A DNA stretch of 64,000 nucleotides from Candidatus Methanomethylicia archaeon (GTDB taxonomy: Archaea > Thermoproteota > Methanomethylicia > Nezhaarchaeales > B40-G2): the NCBI GenBank assembly GCA_029259155.1, contig JAPDJI010000025.1, positions 5,044 to 69,043 of the forward strand, given 5' to 3'. Positions 34,854-44,445 of this stretch are shown piece after piece. Each line of letters starts with the position of its first letter. Position 1 is the stretch's first letter. A program made the position numbers and the translations under genes. The notes below the pieces were generated by a model. That model saw only the letters and a list, made by a program, of their open reading frames with translations. It was not told the DNA's origin and made no database searches.

Positions 34854-36412
34854 GAATGTCCTTGTCAGTCCCCTTAATCCTTCAACCCCTCATCATCCTA
34901 TTCCTAGGGGCAGTTCTCGTCCCCCTTGTAGACGTGGTAGGGAAAAGGGTGAACGCTGAAAAGCTGAAGGACTTCTTTGCCGTAGCTATCTTCGCCCTTG
35001 CCTTATACAAGCTATATACCCTTTACCTCGAGGTGGCAGCAGAGGGTTACGTTGAGTTTACCATCCCAGGATTCGGCCCTCCCTTTGGCTCAGCCCTTAG
35101 GGTCGACGCCCTCAGCTCCTTTATGTCGATGCTCTTTTGCGGAGTAGGGCTACTTGTAGCCATATACTCCATAAGGTACATGGAAGAGGATACAGGCTTA
35201 GACAAGTACTACGCTCTCCTGTTGGCCATGGTTGCAGGCATGGTCGGGGTTGCGTTTGCATGGGACTTCCTAACACTTTTCGTTTTCTGGGAGACCATGG
35301 CAGTGTCAGGTTACGTCCTAGTAGGTTTCAGGAAATATAGGTGGGAGCCGGTAGAGGCTGGCTTCAAATACTTAATCATGAGCACCTTCGGCTCCATACT
35401 CATGTTCTACGGGGTCTCCTTCCTCTACGGGATGACCGGCACCTTAAACTTCACATACATGGCTGAAACTCTCCTCAGTCAAAACAACCCATACCTGTAC
35501 CTAGTAATATGTATGATAGTGGCCGGCTTCGGTGTAACCGCTGCTATGGTGCCCTTCCACACATGGCTACCCGACGCCCACCCAGCCGCTCCCAGCGGGA
35601 TAAGCGCGATGTTATCAGGCGTTGTAATTAAGGCGGGAGTATACGGCATGTATAGGTCTGTGTTTACCTTTTTCAACCCTGCTTTCTACAATTACGGAGC
35701 TGTACTCATGATCTTCGGCGTGCTCACACTCACCGTGGCTAACCTCATGGCTCTGCTCCAAAGAGATATCAAGAGGCTTTTCGCGTACTCTAGCATAGTC
35801 AACATAGGGTACATAATTACCGCTGCTGGCATTGCCGCCTACGCTCTAACTACCTACTACGCTAGCTCCCCCATACTGGCCACGAGCGTGGCTGTTTTCG
35901 CTTTAGCAGGCGGTCTCTTCCATGTATTTAACCACGCCATAGGTAAAGGGCTTCTCTTCCTTTGCTCTGGCTGCTTCCTTCATGAGGCTAAAACCAGGGA
36001 CCTAACCATCCTAGAGGGTATAGGTAAACGTATGCCTTGGACTGGTGTTTCCCTGTCCATAGGGCTACTAGCTCTAGCGGGTGTACCGCCCCTAAACGGG
36101 TTCTGGAGTAAGCTCTTCATAATCCTAGCTGGTCTTAGCATACCTCAAGACGGTTATATGGTAATTATAACGGCCATCCTCATTTTAAACGCTATATTCT
36201 CAGCTGCATATTATCTATGGGTCATGCAACGTATCATGCTCAAGTCACCCACGGAAAGGGTGGCCAAGGTGCATGAAGCCCCCTTCTCCATGGTTCTACC
36301 CATAGCTCTCTTGGCATCAATCTGCGTGGTCGTGGGAGCTTTTCCTGGCCCCGTTCTCGGCTTAGCTGATACTGCGGCTAAAAGTCTATTAAGCTTCATC
36401 ATTGGGGGGTGA
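34847..36412 (+). CDS. nuoN: Complex I-like antiporter-type subunit (NuoN-like).
   Basis: Mrp/Nuo antiporter fold blocks are present (FHTWLPDAHPAAPSGISAMLSG, KRLFAYSSI) in a 521-aa protein. Confidence 0.8.
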   Translation: MVGMSLSVPLILQPLIILFLGAVLVPLVDVVGKRVNAEKLKDFFAVAIFALALYKLYTLYLEVAAEGYVEFTIPGFGPPFGSALRVDALSSFMSMLFCGVGLLVAIYSIRYMEEDTGLDKYYALLLAMVAGMVGVAFAWDFLTLFVFWETMAVSGYVLVGFRKYRWEPVEAGFKYLIMSTFGSILMFYGVSFLYGMTGTLNFTYMAETLLSQNNPYLYLVICMIVAGFGVTAAMVPFHTWLPDAHPAAPSGISAMLSGVVIKAGVYGMYRSVFTFFNPAFYNYGAVLMIFGVLTLTVANLMALLQRDIKRLFAYSSIVNIGYIITAAGIAAYALTTYYASSPILATSVAVFALAGGLFHVFNHAIGKGLLFLCSGCFLHEAKTRDLTILEGIGKRMPWTGVSLSIGLLALAGVPPLNGFWSKLFIILAGLSIPQDGYMVIITAILILNAIFSAAYYLWVMQRIMLKSPTERVAKVHEAPFSMVLPIALLASICVVVGAFPGPVLGLADTAAKSLLSFIIGG

Positions 36413-36418
36413 ACTTGA

Positions 36419-38533
36419 ATGAGCGAGTTTATAGAAGCCTTCGTACCTCAAGCATGGCTTTGTTGGATGCTCCCTATGGCTGGAGCCTTACTGACCCCTA
36501 TCTTCGCTAAGATTAACCCTAAGCTAAGAGACTACGGTGCTGTCTTCTTCTCTCTGATGGCTGCATTAATGACGGTCTCCATGATACCTCTCATCTTCGA
36601 CCCTCACGTATACTACTATCAAGTAGAATGGATTAGGCTGCCCGGGTCGCCCATACTCAGCGAGCTCAAAGCAGGGGTAATAGTGGATCCGTTGAGTATA
36701 ATAGTGGCTAACGTCGTGGCGGTCATAAGCTTCCTCATAATGGTGTACTCGCTTGGCTACATGCACGGCGACCCTTCATTAACACGGTACTGGTTCTTCA
36801 TGAACTTCTTCATAGGCAACATGCTCCTCTTGGTCATGTCTGACAACATACTGCAGATGCTCTTCGGCTGGGAAGGCGTAGGTTTGTGCAGCTACGCGCT
36901 CATAGGCTTCCGCTACCAGGACTCTAAGGAAGACTGGTTTACCTTCTGGGTAGGCGAACCCCCTGAAGTTTATCCTCCCTCACACTGCGGTATGAAGGCT
37001 TTCATAACCACTAGGGTAGGCGACGTGGCCATGTTTATAGGCGCCTTCATCATTTTAGCCTTGACAGGTACCTTAAGCTTCAAGGAACTCATGGAGTTTG
37101 TGCAAAGCACTCAGTTCCACCACGAAGTAATAGCTCACCCCGAGCTACTAAGATACTTGGTAGTAGCTGCTGTCTTTCTCTTCGGCGGCCCTATAGGGAA
37201 GTCAGCTCAGCTCCCACTGATGGAGTGGCTTCCAGACGCTATGGCTGGTCCTACGACAGTTAGCGCCTTAATACACGCAGCGACTATGGTTAAGGCAGGA
37301 GTATACCTTGTAGGCAGAATCTTCCCCATCTTCTATGCTGCTGCCTGGATAGGAGGTCAAGCTAACGACTTAGTCACCTTCTTCTACCTGGTGGGCTGGG
37401 TAGGTGTGCTCACTGCCTTTATAGCTGGGACGCAGGCAATGGCTTCAAGCGAAATTAAGAAGGTGTGGGCATACTCCACGGTTAGCCAGATAGGCTACAT
37501 GATGATGGGACTAGGCGTGGCAGGGGCAGCAGCCGAGTTCGCTATTGGTTATACTGGAGGGATCTTTCACCTAATGAGCCACGCCATGTTCAAGGCAGCG
37601 CTCTTCTTGACCGCAGGCTCTGTAATACATGCTACAGAGTCGAGGTTCTTCAGGGACTACGGCGGCTTAAAGAAGCATATGCCCATAACCTTCTGGTGTA
37701 TGGCTTTAGCTGCCTTCTCGCTTATGGGTGTACCCATATTCTTCAGCGGCTTCTGGAGCAAAGACCTCGTACTCGAAGCGTCCTTGATGGCTACTACCTC
37801 CACCTGGCCCCTATTCGTCCTAGGAGTCCTGGCTGTTTCGATAACTTGCTTCTACACTGTAAGAGCATTAGGCTTAACTTTCTTTGGACATGAAAGCAAG
37901 CACATCCACGAGCTGGAACGCGAAGGCAAACATGTGCATGAAGCACCTAAGGTGATGTGGGTTCCTTACGCTGCCTTAGCTGTTGCAACCGTAATCTTTG
38001 GTATAGGCGGTTACTTTGTGAGTGGATGGCTTGAACAGGTCTTCCACCACCAGCTGGAGGCATGGGGATTAGGAGGTCACCTATTACACTCAGCTGAACA
38101 CGCTGTCGAAACGGCTCCAGCTATGTCACATGAAATGGCGGTAATAGTGACTGCGGCGACGTCCATATCCATGCTACTCATAGGTGCGCTACCAGCTTAC
38201 CACATCTACATTAAACGCAAGGTTGATCCTGAGAAACTACTCGAGCCTAGACCAGCCCTCAAAGCGCTTTGGCACTTCCTCTTCCGAAGATGGTATGTGA
38301 ATACCTTCTACTACAAAGCCTTCGTTTACTCTGTAATAAGGGCAAGCGGATGGCTGTTTAGGAACATTGAGACTGCCGTAATAGACAGGTTCAACTACGC
38401 TTTAGCCGACTTATCACAAGCGATCGCTTCGAGGTTCAGGAAGACTCATACAGGCATATTGAACTATAACGTGATAGGCATCGTCCTAGGTTTCATACTT
38501 TTTATCGTGTTGGTAGTGTTCGTCTTCGGGTGA
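36419..38533 (+). CDS. nuoL: Complex I-like subunit L, with a long C-terminal lateral-helix region.
   Basis: GWEGVGLCSYALIGF and WLPDAMAGPTTVSALIHAATMV are present. The 704-aa length includes a C-terminal extension. Confidence 0.9.
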   Translation: MSEFIEAFVPQAWLCWMLPMAGALLTPIFAKINPKLRDYGAVFFSLMAALMTVSMIPLIFDPHVYYYQVEWIRLPGSPILSELKAGVIVDPLSIIVANVVAVISFLIMVYSLGYMHGDPSLTRYWFFMNFFIGNMLLLVMSDNILQMLFGWEGVGLCSYALIGFRYQDSKEDWFTFWVGEPPEVYPPSHCGMKAFITTRVGDVAMFIGAFIILALTGTLSFKELMEFVQSTQFHHEVIAHPELLRYLVVAAVFLFGGPIGKSAQLPLMEWLPDAMAGPTTVSALIHAATMVKAGVYLVGRIFPIFYAAAWIGGQANDLVTFFYLVGWVGVLTAFIAGTQAMASSEIKKVWAYSTVSQIGYMMMGLGVAGAAAEFAIGYTGGIFHLMSHAMFKAALFLTAGSVIHATESRFFRDYGGLKKHMPITFWCMALAAFSLMGVPIFFSGFWSKDLVLEASLMATTSTWPLFVLGVLAVSITCFYTVRALGLTFFGHESKHIHELEREGKHVHEAPKVMWVPYAALAVATVIFGIGGYFVSGWLEQVFHHQLEAWGLGGHLLHSAEHAVETAPAMSHEMAVIVTAATSISMLLIGALPAYHIYIKRKVDPEKLLEPRPALKALWHFLFRRWYVNTFYYKAFVYSVIRASGWLFRNIETAVIDRFNYALADLSQAIASRFRKTHTGILNYNVIGIVLGFILFIVLVVFVFG

Positions 38534-38539
38534 TGTAAG

Positions 38540-40069
38540 ATGATGGATACGAGCCATATCCTACTCCAAACGATCCTTATACCCATGGCTTTCTCGGTGA
38601 TAGCTCTTGTCGCCGGTAGGGCAATGGGTAAGAACACAGGCTGGCTGGTCTTCGCGGTACTGGCTTACGTGACAGGCCTCTTAGCTTATGTGACATTGTC
38701 GCTTCCCTACATACCTGAGGGCCTCTTAAAGGCTGAGTATTACTGGGGGCCTTACATAGGCAATTTCACCCTGATAGCTGATGGCCTCAGCGCACCCATC
38801 GCTTTAACCATAGCCCTCCTATGCGCACTGATCGCGATATATTCGATAGGATACATGGAACACGAACACCGCCTAGACGCCTACTTCTCGCTATACCTCC
38901 TATACGCGGCCGGCATGATAGGGACAGTACTTGTCACCAACTTAGCAGCCTTCTTCCTCTTCTTCGAGTTGATGCTAATACCCTCCTGGGCTATGATAGG
39001 TATCTGGGGTACTGGCCCTAAGGAGAGAATAGCTTTCAAGTACTTTATGTTCACTGAAGCTGGTGCACTATCCCTGCTAGGCGGAATCGTGGCCACCTAC
39101 TTCCTTACAGGGACATTTGACGTAATGGAAATGGCCACCAAGCTTTCAGCCTACGATGTAAACCTACTCACGGTCATAGTAGTAGCCATGTTACTAGGCC
39201 TGCTCGTTAAGATGGCAATATTCCCCCTACATACTTGGCTTCCTGACGCCCACGCAGAAGCCCCTACACCTATAAGCGCCCTATTATCTCCAGCCATGAT
39301 AGGTATAGGCGGTTACGCTGTAATAAGGATAGCATACACCGCTTTCCCCATGGTAATGGCTAACTGGCCCTTCGTAATAGGCCTAGCCACTCTCGCAGTA
39401 ATAACTATGGTCTACGGAGGAGTTATGGCCTTAGCTCAGGACGATATTAAGAGGCTCCTCGCCTATTCCAGTATAAGCCAGATGGGTTACCTACTCTTCG
39501 GCATAGCTTCGATCTCAGTGTTAGGGTTAGCTGGCTCTGTGCTCTTCTACGTAAATCACGGCTTATGTAAGGCAGTCCTCTTCATGATGTCAGGGATACT
39601 GATCCATAGTTTCCATACGAGAAGCATTAGCAAGTTCGGCGGCTTAGGACCTAAAATGCCACTAACCGCTACAGCGTCCCTCATAGCTTTCCTAGGTTTA
39701 GCAGGGACTCCTCCCATGGTTGGTTTCTGGGGAGAGGTATTCATATTTGCAGGTTCCATGCACACCGCATTTGCTAGCTTAGCAGGCGTGGACGTTGCGA
39801 GAGTCCTGGTAACCGCCATAGCCATCGTCGGCTCTGCTCTAACTGCGGGCTATGGGTTATGGACTATTAGGAGAGTTTTCTTCGGCCAACTGAACCCCTA
39901 TGTTAAGGACGCTAAGGAGGGATCGCCGTTAATGGTGGCCCCCATCATGATATTAGCGGCATTAGCTGTCATTATCGGCGTCTACCCAACGATCATAACG
40001 GAGCCCGCGGCTTCATGGGCTTCAAGGCTAGTCGAAGTAATAGCTGCCCTTGCAAGGACATCAATCTAA
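38540..40069 (+). CDS. nuoM: Complex I-like subunit M.
   Basis: FFLFFELMLIPSWAMIGIWG, HTWLPDAHAEAPTPISALLS and KRLLAYSSISQMGY are present. Confidence 0.85.
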   Translation: MMDTSHILLQTILIPMAFSVIALVAGRAMGKNTGWLVFAVLAYVTGLLAYVTLSLPYIPEGLLKAEYYWGPYIGNFTLIADGLSAPIALTIALLCALIAIYSIGYMEHEHRLDAYFSLYLLYAAGMIGTVLVTNLAAFFLFFELMLIPSWAMIGIWGTGPKERIAFKYFMFTEAGALSLLGGIVATYFLTGTFDVMEMATKLSAYDVNLLTVIVVAMLLGLLVKMAIFPLHTWLPDAHAEAPTPISALLSPAMIGIGGYAVIRIAYTAFPMVMANWPFVIGLATLAVITMVYGGVMALAQDDIKRLLAYSSISQMGYLLFGIASISVLGLAGSVLFYVNHGLCKAVLFMMSGILIHSFHTRSISKFGGLGPKMPLTATASLIAFLGLAGTPPMVGFWGEVFIFAGSMHTAFASLAGVDVARVLVTAIAIVGSALTAGYGLWTIRRVFFGQLNPYVKDAKEGSPLMVAPIMILAALAVIIGVYPTIITEPAASWASRLVEVIAALARTSI

Positions 40070-41311
40070 GAATCCTTTAAGCCCTTTTTGAACTACTTTA
40101 AATTCAAGTTTCCCGTAAACCCCGTCGTACCCCGGGATTATCCTATACCTCCCCTCTCTTACCATGATTATGGCTATAGCCACTTCCCTAGGGGCTGCTT
40201 GTATTAGTTCCTCGTAGCTGGCGTGTAGTAGTACGTTGTACTCTGAACCTAGCTTCACAACTAAGTTTTCATATAGCTCTCCTACTACCTTGGACTGAAG
40301 AGACTTCATACCTCCAGGCTTCAAGGCAGCGGATATGACTTCGTGGAGTGGAAGTACCTTAACGTAGTTCATGTTTTTCTCTGGTTTAAAGCCACTTGGC
40401 CTATCAGCCAGCTCCTCCACTCTATCCTCCACTCCTTTCGTTAAAGGCTTGCTGCATACAGGACATCTATAATTTAGTTTAGAGGCTTCAGCTGGGGAGA
40501 GGGGGCCTACACCACATTCACGATGCCCTGAGTAATGGTATTTTCCATACTCCGGCGGTACCTCGAGCGTGGCCACCTTACCTGTCCTGATGGCTTCAAT
40601 TAACTCTTTGTAGCTAAGTTTACTTAGGTTAAAAATAGTGCATTCTCTACCGAGCCTCCAAGGCCATGGAGAGTGGCTATCTGAAAAGCTCAATAAAGTG
40701 AAGCGGTCGAGCCTACTTACCCTCCAGTTCATGGCTGGATCGCTACTAAGCCCTGTTTCAAGGGCATAGATGCGCTTAGCCATGTCTTCGTAGCATTCTT
40801 CAATACTATCCACTCCGCTGAAGGAACCGAAGATCGACCTCCACGGCGTCCATGCATGGGCAGGAAACACAAGGCAGCGATCGTCAACTCCCAGTATTGT
40901 TTCTACCAGCTCTGAAGGTTTGATGGTTAGCGTAGGCCTGCCGTCACGTTCAAGGTCTCCATACCTCGATAACGCCTCACCCAGCTGCTCAGCTACCTCT
41001 AAACTAGGCATGAATATAACGTGGTGTATCCTCTTAACTCTGCCTTCATAGAGGTGGACGGTTTCCACCTCCGCCTCGACGAGAAACAGCACATTTTCGT
41101 CAGCCCCTCTTGCTTTATAGAGGCCTGTACCGTCTACTTCTTCTAAGGCTAAGCTTAACTGGGAGAGCCAGGCTGGATGTAGAGCATCTCCTGTACCTAA
41201 TAGGTTTAAGCCCTTGATCTTGGCGAAGCCTACTAAGTCAAGGGGGTTCATCTTCTCGCTTGTAGCCCTTGAGAAGGGACTATGTAGATGTAAATCAGCG
41301 TAAACTTTCAC
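40061..41311 (-). CDS. endoQ: Endonuclease Q-like PHP-domain nuclease with a zinc finger.
   Basis: The N-terminal PHP motif is MKVYADLHLHSPFSRATS. FPAHAWTPW, FSDSHSP..RLGRE, KYHYSGH, the zinc-finger RCPVCSKPLTKGVEDRVEELAD and the C-terminal IIPGYDGVYGKLEF match my recollection of the EndoQ family layout. Confidence 0.7.
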   Translation of the reverse strand: MKVYADLHLHSPFSRATSEKMNPLDLVGFAKIKGLNLLGTGDALHPAWLSQLSLALEEVDGTGLYKARGADENVLFLVEAEVETVHLYEGRVKRIHHVIFMPSLEVAEQLGEALSRYGDLERDGRPTLTIKPSELVETILGVDDRCLVFPAHAWTPWRSIFGSFSGVDSIEECYEDMAKRIYALETGLSSDPAMNWRVSRLDRFTLLSFSDSHSPWPWRLGRECTIFNLSKLSYKELIEAIRTGKVATLEVPPEYGKYHYSGHRECGVGPLSPAEASKLNYRCPVCSKPLTKGVEDRVEELADRPSGFKPEKNMNYVKVLPLHEVISAALKPGGMKSLQSKVVGELYENLVVKLGSEYNVLLHASYEELIQAAPREVAIAIIMVREGRYRIIPGYDGVYGKLEFKVVQKGLKGFLD

Positions 41312-41403
41312 GTACTCCGCCTAAAGTACCTAGCGTAGCCATGAGGTTATAAGCTTAAAGGAACTAGCCAGTAGAGTTTTTCACCTGTTTCATTTGAAGG
41401 CTC

Positions 41404-42177
41404 TCAGCTCTTTATGCTTTTACGAGCAAACACCAAGTACCCGGTATGGCCTACCATGAACGTATGAGGCCTCGTAGCGCCCACCTCAACCTTCAACTTT
41501 CTGAGGAGACATTCAATAGCCTCTATATCCACGAACCCTTCTCTCCTAAGAGCTTCCACGGTCTTTTCTACTTGATTAATTGTTGGACTAAAACTAGCTA
41601 GGCCTCCACCTCCCTTTAACGCTTCGTAGGCATGAGGTACAACATCCCATGGGGAGGCTAGGTCCAAGACTACGGCGTCCACCTCTTTCTCCTCGATCCC
41701 TTCGGTCAGATCTTTATTCTTGAGCTCCACGTAGTCAAGCAACCCTACCCTAGCGAGGTTTTTTCTCGCCACCTCTAACACGTCGCTCCTTACTTCGTAG
41801 CTGTAAACTTTACCTGTAGGTTTAACGAAGAAAGCTAAAGCTGAAGCTAGAGCCCCACTCCCTGTCCCTCCCTCGACTACTCTTGAACCGGCTCCTATGC
41901 CGAGCCTAAGTATTATCAACGCTATATCCTTATAGTATAGTATCTGTGTCCTCCTCGCTAGCTTAGCTATGTAGTCGTAAATCGTGGGCTTAAGAGCTAT
42001 GAAAGACACCTTCAAATTACTTTCCACGCTGACCCCGTAAGGCCTGCCTATTAGCTCTCTTAGCTCCACGTAGCCTTTATGCGTGTGAAAGCTCCTATCC
42101 TCAACTTTAACTAAGTACCTTCTACGCTCATCGAGGTATAGGAGAACATCATCTCCTTGCTTAATTTCCTCCGTCAA
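41404..42177 (-). CDS. trmI: tRNA (adenine-N1)-methyltransferase TrmI (Gcd14 family).
   Basis: An N-terminal beta domain is present (GDDVLLYLDERRRYLVK), along with the SAM motif VVEGGTGSGALASALA. Confidence 0.85.
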   Translation of the reverse strand: MTEEIKQGDDVLLYLDERRRYLVKVEDRSFHTHKGYVELRELIGRPYGVSVESNLKVSFIALKPTIYDYIAKLARRTQILYYKDIALIILRLGIGAGSRVVEGGTGSGALASALAFFVKPTGKVYSYEVRSDVLEVARKNLARVGLLDYVELKNKDLTEGIEEKEVDAVVLDLASPWDVVPHAYEALKGGGGLASFSPTINQVEKTVEALRREGFVDIEAIECLLRKLKVEVGATRPHTFMVGHTGYLVFARKSIKS

Positions 42178-42221
42178 CTTACACTCCTCGCCTGAAGTTT
42201 AATACGAGCTCTTCCCCTTTT

Positions 42222-43352
42222 ATGCTAGGGGGGGTTCTAAACTTGAAGTTTAGAGCTGACGCACGCTTACTTAAGAGCCCTTCAGTTAAGGAAGCCTTGC
42301 TTTATGAACAGTTGAGTGGAGGTAAAGTTAGATGTAATACTTGTGCTAGGAGATGTGTAATACCTATCGGGTTTAGAGGTTTTTGTAGGACGAGAGTGAA
42401 TGTGAATGGGAAGCTCTACACCATAGTTTATGGAGATTTAAATGCCGTGGAGTCTAGACCAATAGAAAGCCTAAGGCCTTTAGGCCTAGGCCTATAAATA
42501 AAGCCTTTCTTTCACTTCTGGCCAGGCTCCACGGCCTTAACCTTCTCCACTTGGTCCTGTAATTTATACTGTTTGTGGTGTCAGAACTGGCACCTCAGCA
42601 AGGAAGAGCCTAACCCCTATCAACCAAACTATGTGTCTCCTGAAAGGCTCATATTTATGGCTAAGAGGGCTGGCGATGAAGGCCTCTGCATCTCCTTCAC
42701 TGAGCCCTTAATGCTCTTCGAGTATAGCTTGGAGGTCTTTAAGTTAGCTAGGCAGCAAGGCCTCTACAACACCTACGTGAGTAACGGCTACCTTACCTTG
42801 GAAGCTTTACGAGAACTCAAGAAGGCTGGCTTAGATGCCATAAAGATAGATGTTAAAGGAGACCGCGAAGTGTATAGACGTTTCTGTGCAGCCCCAAGCG
42901 ATGAACCTGTATGGAGTACAGCTAGAGAAGCTAAGAGACTCGGGCTCCACGTAGAAATCGTTAATTTAATGGTTACAGGCGTAAATGACCAAGAGGAGCA
43001 GGTAAGGGGGTTGGTTAGGAGACATTTAAAGGAGCTGGGGGCTTACACCCCCCTCCACTTCACTAGGTATTACCCTGCATTCAAGTTTAATGCTCCTCCA
43101 ACAAGCGTATCGAAGCTTGAAGCTGCTTATAAAGTGGCTAAGGAAGAAGGTCTACTCTATGTATATTTAGGCAACGTTCCTGGCCATCGTTATGAGAACA
43201 CCTACTGCCATGAATGCGGACAGCTAATCATTAGGCGGGAAGGTTTCAAGGTATTGGAATGTAGATTGGTTAAGGATAACCGTTGTCCCAGCTGTGGAGC
43301 AGCTATCCCCATAGTGGGAAGGTATGTCTCAAAGCCCTGGCGCTTCCTTTAA
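42222..43352 (+). pseudogene. AmmeMemoRadiSam-type (PflA-like) radical SAM enzyme interrupted by an in-frame TAA at 42495-42497.
   Basis: ORFs 42222..42497 and 42573..43352 are in the same frame. Read-through gives ...VRCNTCARRCVIPIGFRGFCRTRVN...AVESRPIE[SLRPLGLGL*I]KPFFHFWPGSTALTFSTWSCNLYCLWCQNW... The track's second start falls inside the CX3CX2C motif, so the downstream piece cannot be a complete enzyme on its own. Confidence 0.7.
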
Positions 43353-43555
43353 GTTTTAGAGAGTACAAGGGCTTTAAGCTCCTCTAACATCCTCTCCAGC
43401 TTTTCCAAGCGCTTAGCTACCTCATCCAGCCTTTTACCTAAGGAGATAAGGAGCGGTAAGACCTCATTCATCCACGGTGGAGCTAGCGGTGATAGCTGGG
43501 GAGGTAAGTTCTCCAATCTACGCCTAATCAGTTCGCTTACATCTTCTCTTGACAT
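43349..43555 (-). CDS. Hypothetical 68-aa coiled-coil protein.
   Basis: The C-terminus has a heptad character (RLDEVAKRLEKLERMLEELKALV). I recognise no homolog. Confidence 0.3.
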   Translation of the reverse strand: MSREDVSELIRRRLENLPPQLSPLAPPWMNEVLPLLISLGKRLDEVAKRLEKLERMLEELKALVLSKT

Positions 43556-43585
43556 CTTAAACGACTAAGGGGAAAGGTGTCTTTT

Positions 43586-44434
43586 TTACTTTATCAAGGG
43601 TTTAATGATGTTTAACGCCCTCGCAAGATCCTTAAACTTTGCAGGTTTCCTCTTGCCTGCCCAGTGAACCTCAAGCAATATCATGCTACAGCCAGCCTCC
43701 TTCAGCAGGGAAAGGTCTTTCTTGACGTCAGCTGAGCCTGTGCCTGGCAGGAGGTGGTCTTGGAAGCTGTGGTCTTCAGCTGCGTAGTCGTGAAGGTGAC
43801 CTACAAGCACCTTACCTTTAAAGGTCTTTACCCACTCCTCTAGGTCTACAGCCTCTTCTTTAAACAGGTCCATACCCCTATGCTCCACGGTCCAGCGGGC
43901 ATAGGCTACGTGGCCTACGTCAAGACATAGCTTGACTCCTTCTATCTCTACCATCGGCTTAAGCATGCTTGGTACACCAAATAGAGGGTCTGGGTTATTT
44001 TCAACCGTGATTTCGATTCCAAGCTGCCTAGCTTTCTCGGCTATGTGTTTAATGGAGCGTACCGCGGCTTCTTCCAGGGCTTTCCTCACTCCTTCAATGG
44101 TCCAAGCTTCCCTTGAAGCAACATGAAGGTTAAAGTAGAGGGGGCTTAACTTCGATGCGAACTCAAGACACTCATCAAATAGTTTAAGCGCGGCCTCTCT
44201 TAGTATTGGTCTTGGGCTAGCTAATGATACATCTCTCCATGGAGCATGGATCGCTAGCTCTACTCCGTATTTAGCTTTCGCTTCCTTAATCTCCTCCAAC
44301 GTCTTCCCTCTGAGTTTTTCGGGCCATGGATAGTCGAGAGAAATTTCCACATAGTCAAAACCGTACTCATTGGCTTTATTTATTGCCTTAACCACTGATC
44401 CTGCTCTTGGCCATACTGGTAGTGCTATCAACAT
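43586..44434 (-). CDS. Xylose-isomerase-like TIM-barrel protein (sugar phosphate isomerase/epimerase / AP-endonuclease-2 fold).
   Basis: The protein is about 280 aa with a pattern of metal-ligand-bearing strands (ELAIHAPW, ENNP, LCLDVGH, HLHD). The family-level call rests on this overall motif pattern. Confidence 0.7.
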   Translation of the reverse strand: MLIALPVWPRAGSVVKAINKANEYGFDYVEISLDYPWPEKLRGKTLEEIKEAKAKYGVELAIHAPWRDVSLASPRPILREAALKLFDECLEFASKLSPLYFNLHVASREAWTIEGVRKALEEAAVRSIKHIAEKARQLGIEITVENNPDPLFGVPSMLKPMVEIEGVKLCLDVGHVAYARWTVEHRGMDLFKEEAVDLEEWVKTFKGKVLVGHLHDYAAEDHSFQDHLLPGTGSADVKKDLSLLKEAGCSMILLEVHWAGKRKPAKFKDLARALNIIKPLIK

Positions 44435-44445
44435 TTCATGTCCAC

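Noticed and set aside
42468-42510. Possible bulge-helix-bulge (BHB) mRNA intron explaining the in-frame insertion in the radical-SAM gene.
   Set aside because: I could pair AGAAAG (5' side) with CTTTCT (3' side) and AAGG with CCTT. I could not draw a canonical 3-nt bulge / 4-bp helix / 3-nt bulge arrangement with splice sites that would restore PIE-KP. The idea is kept only as something to exclude experimentally.
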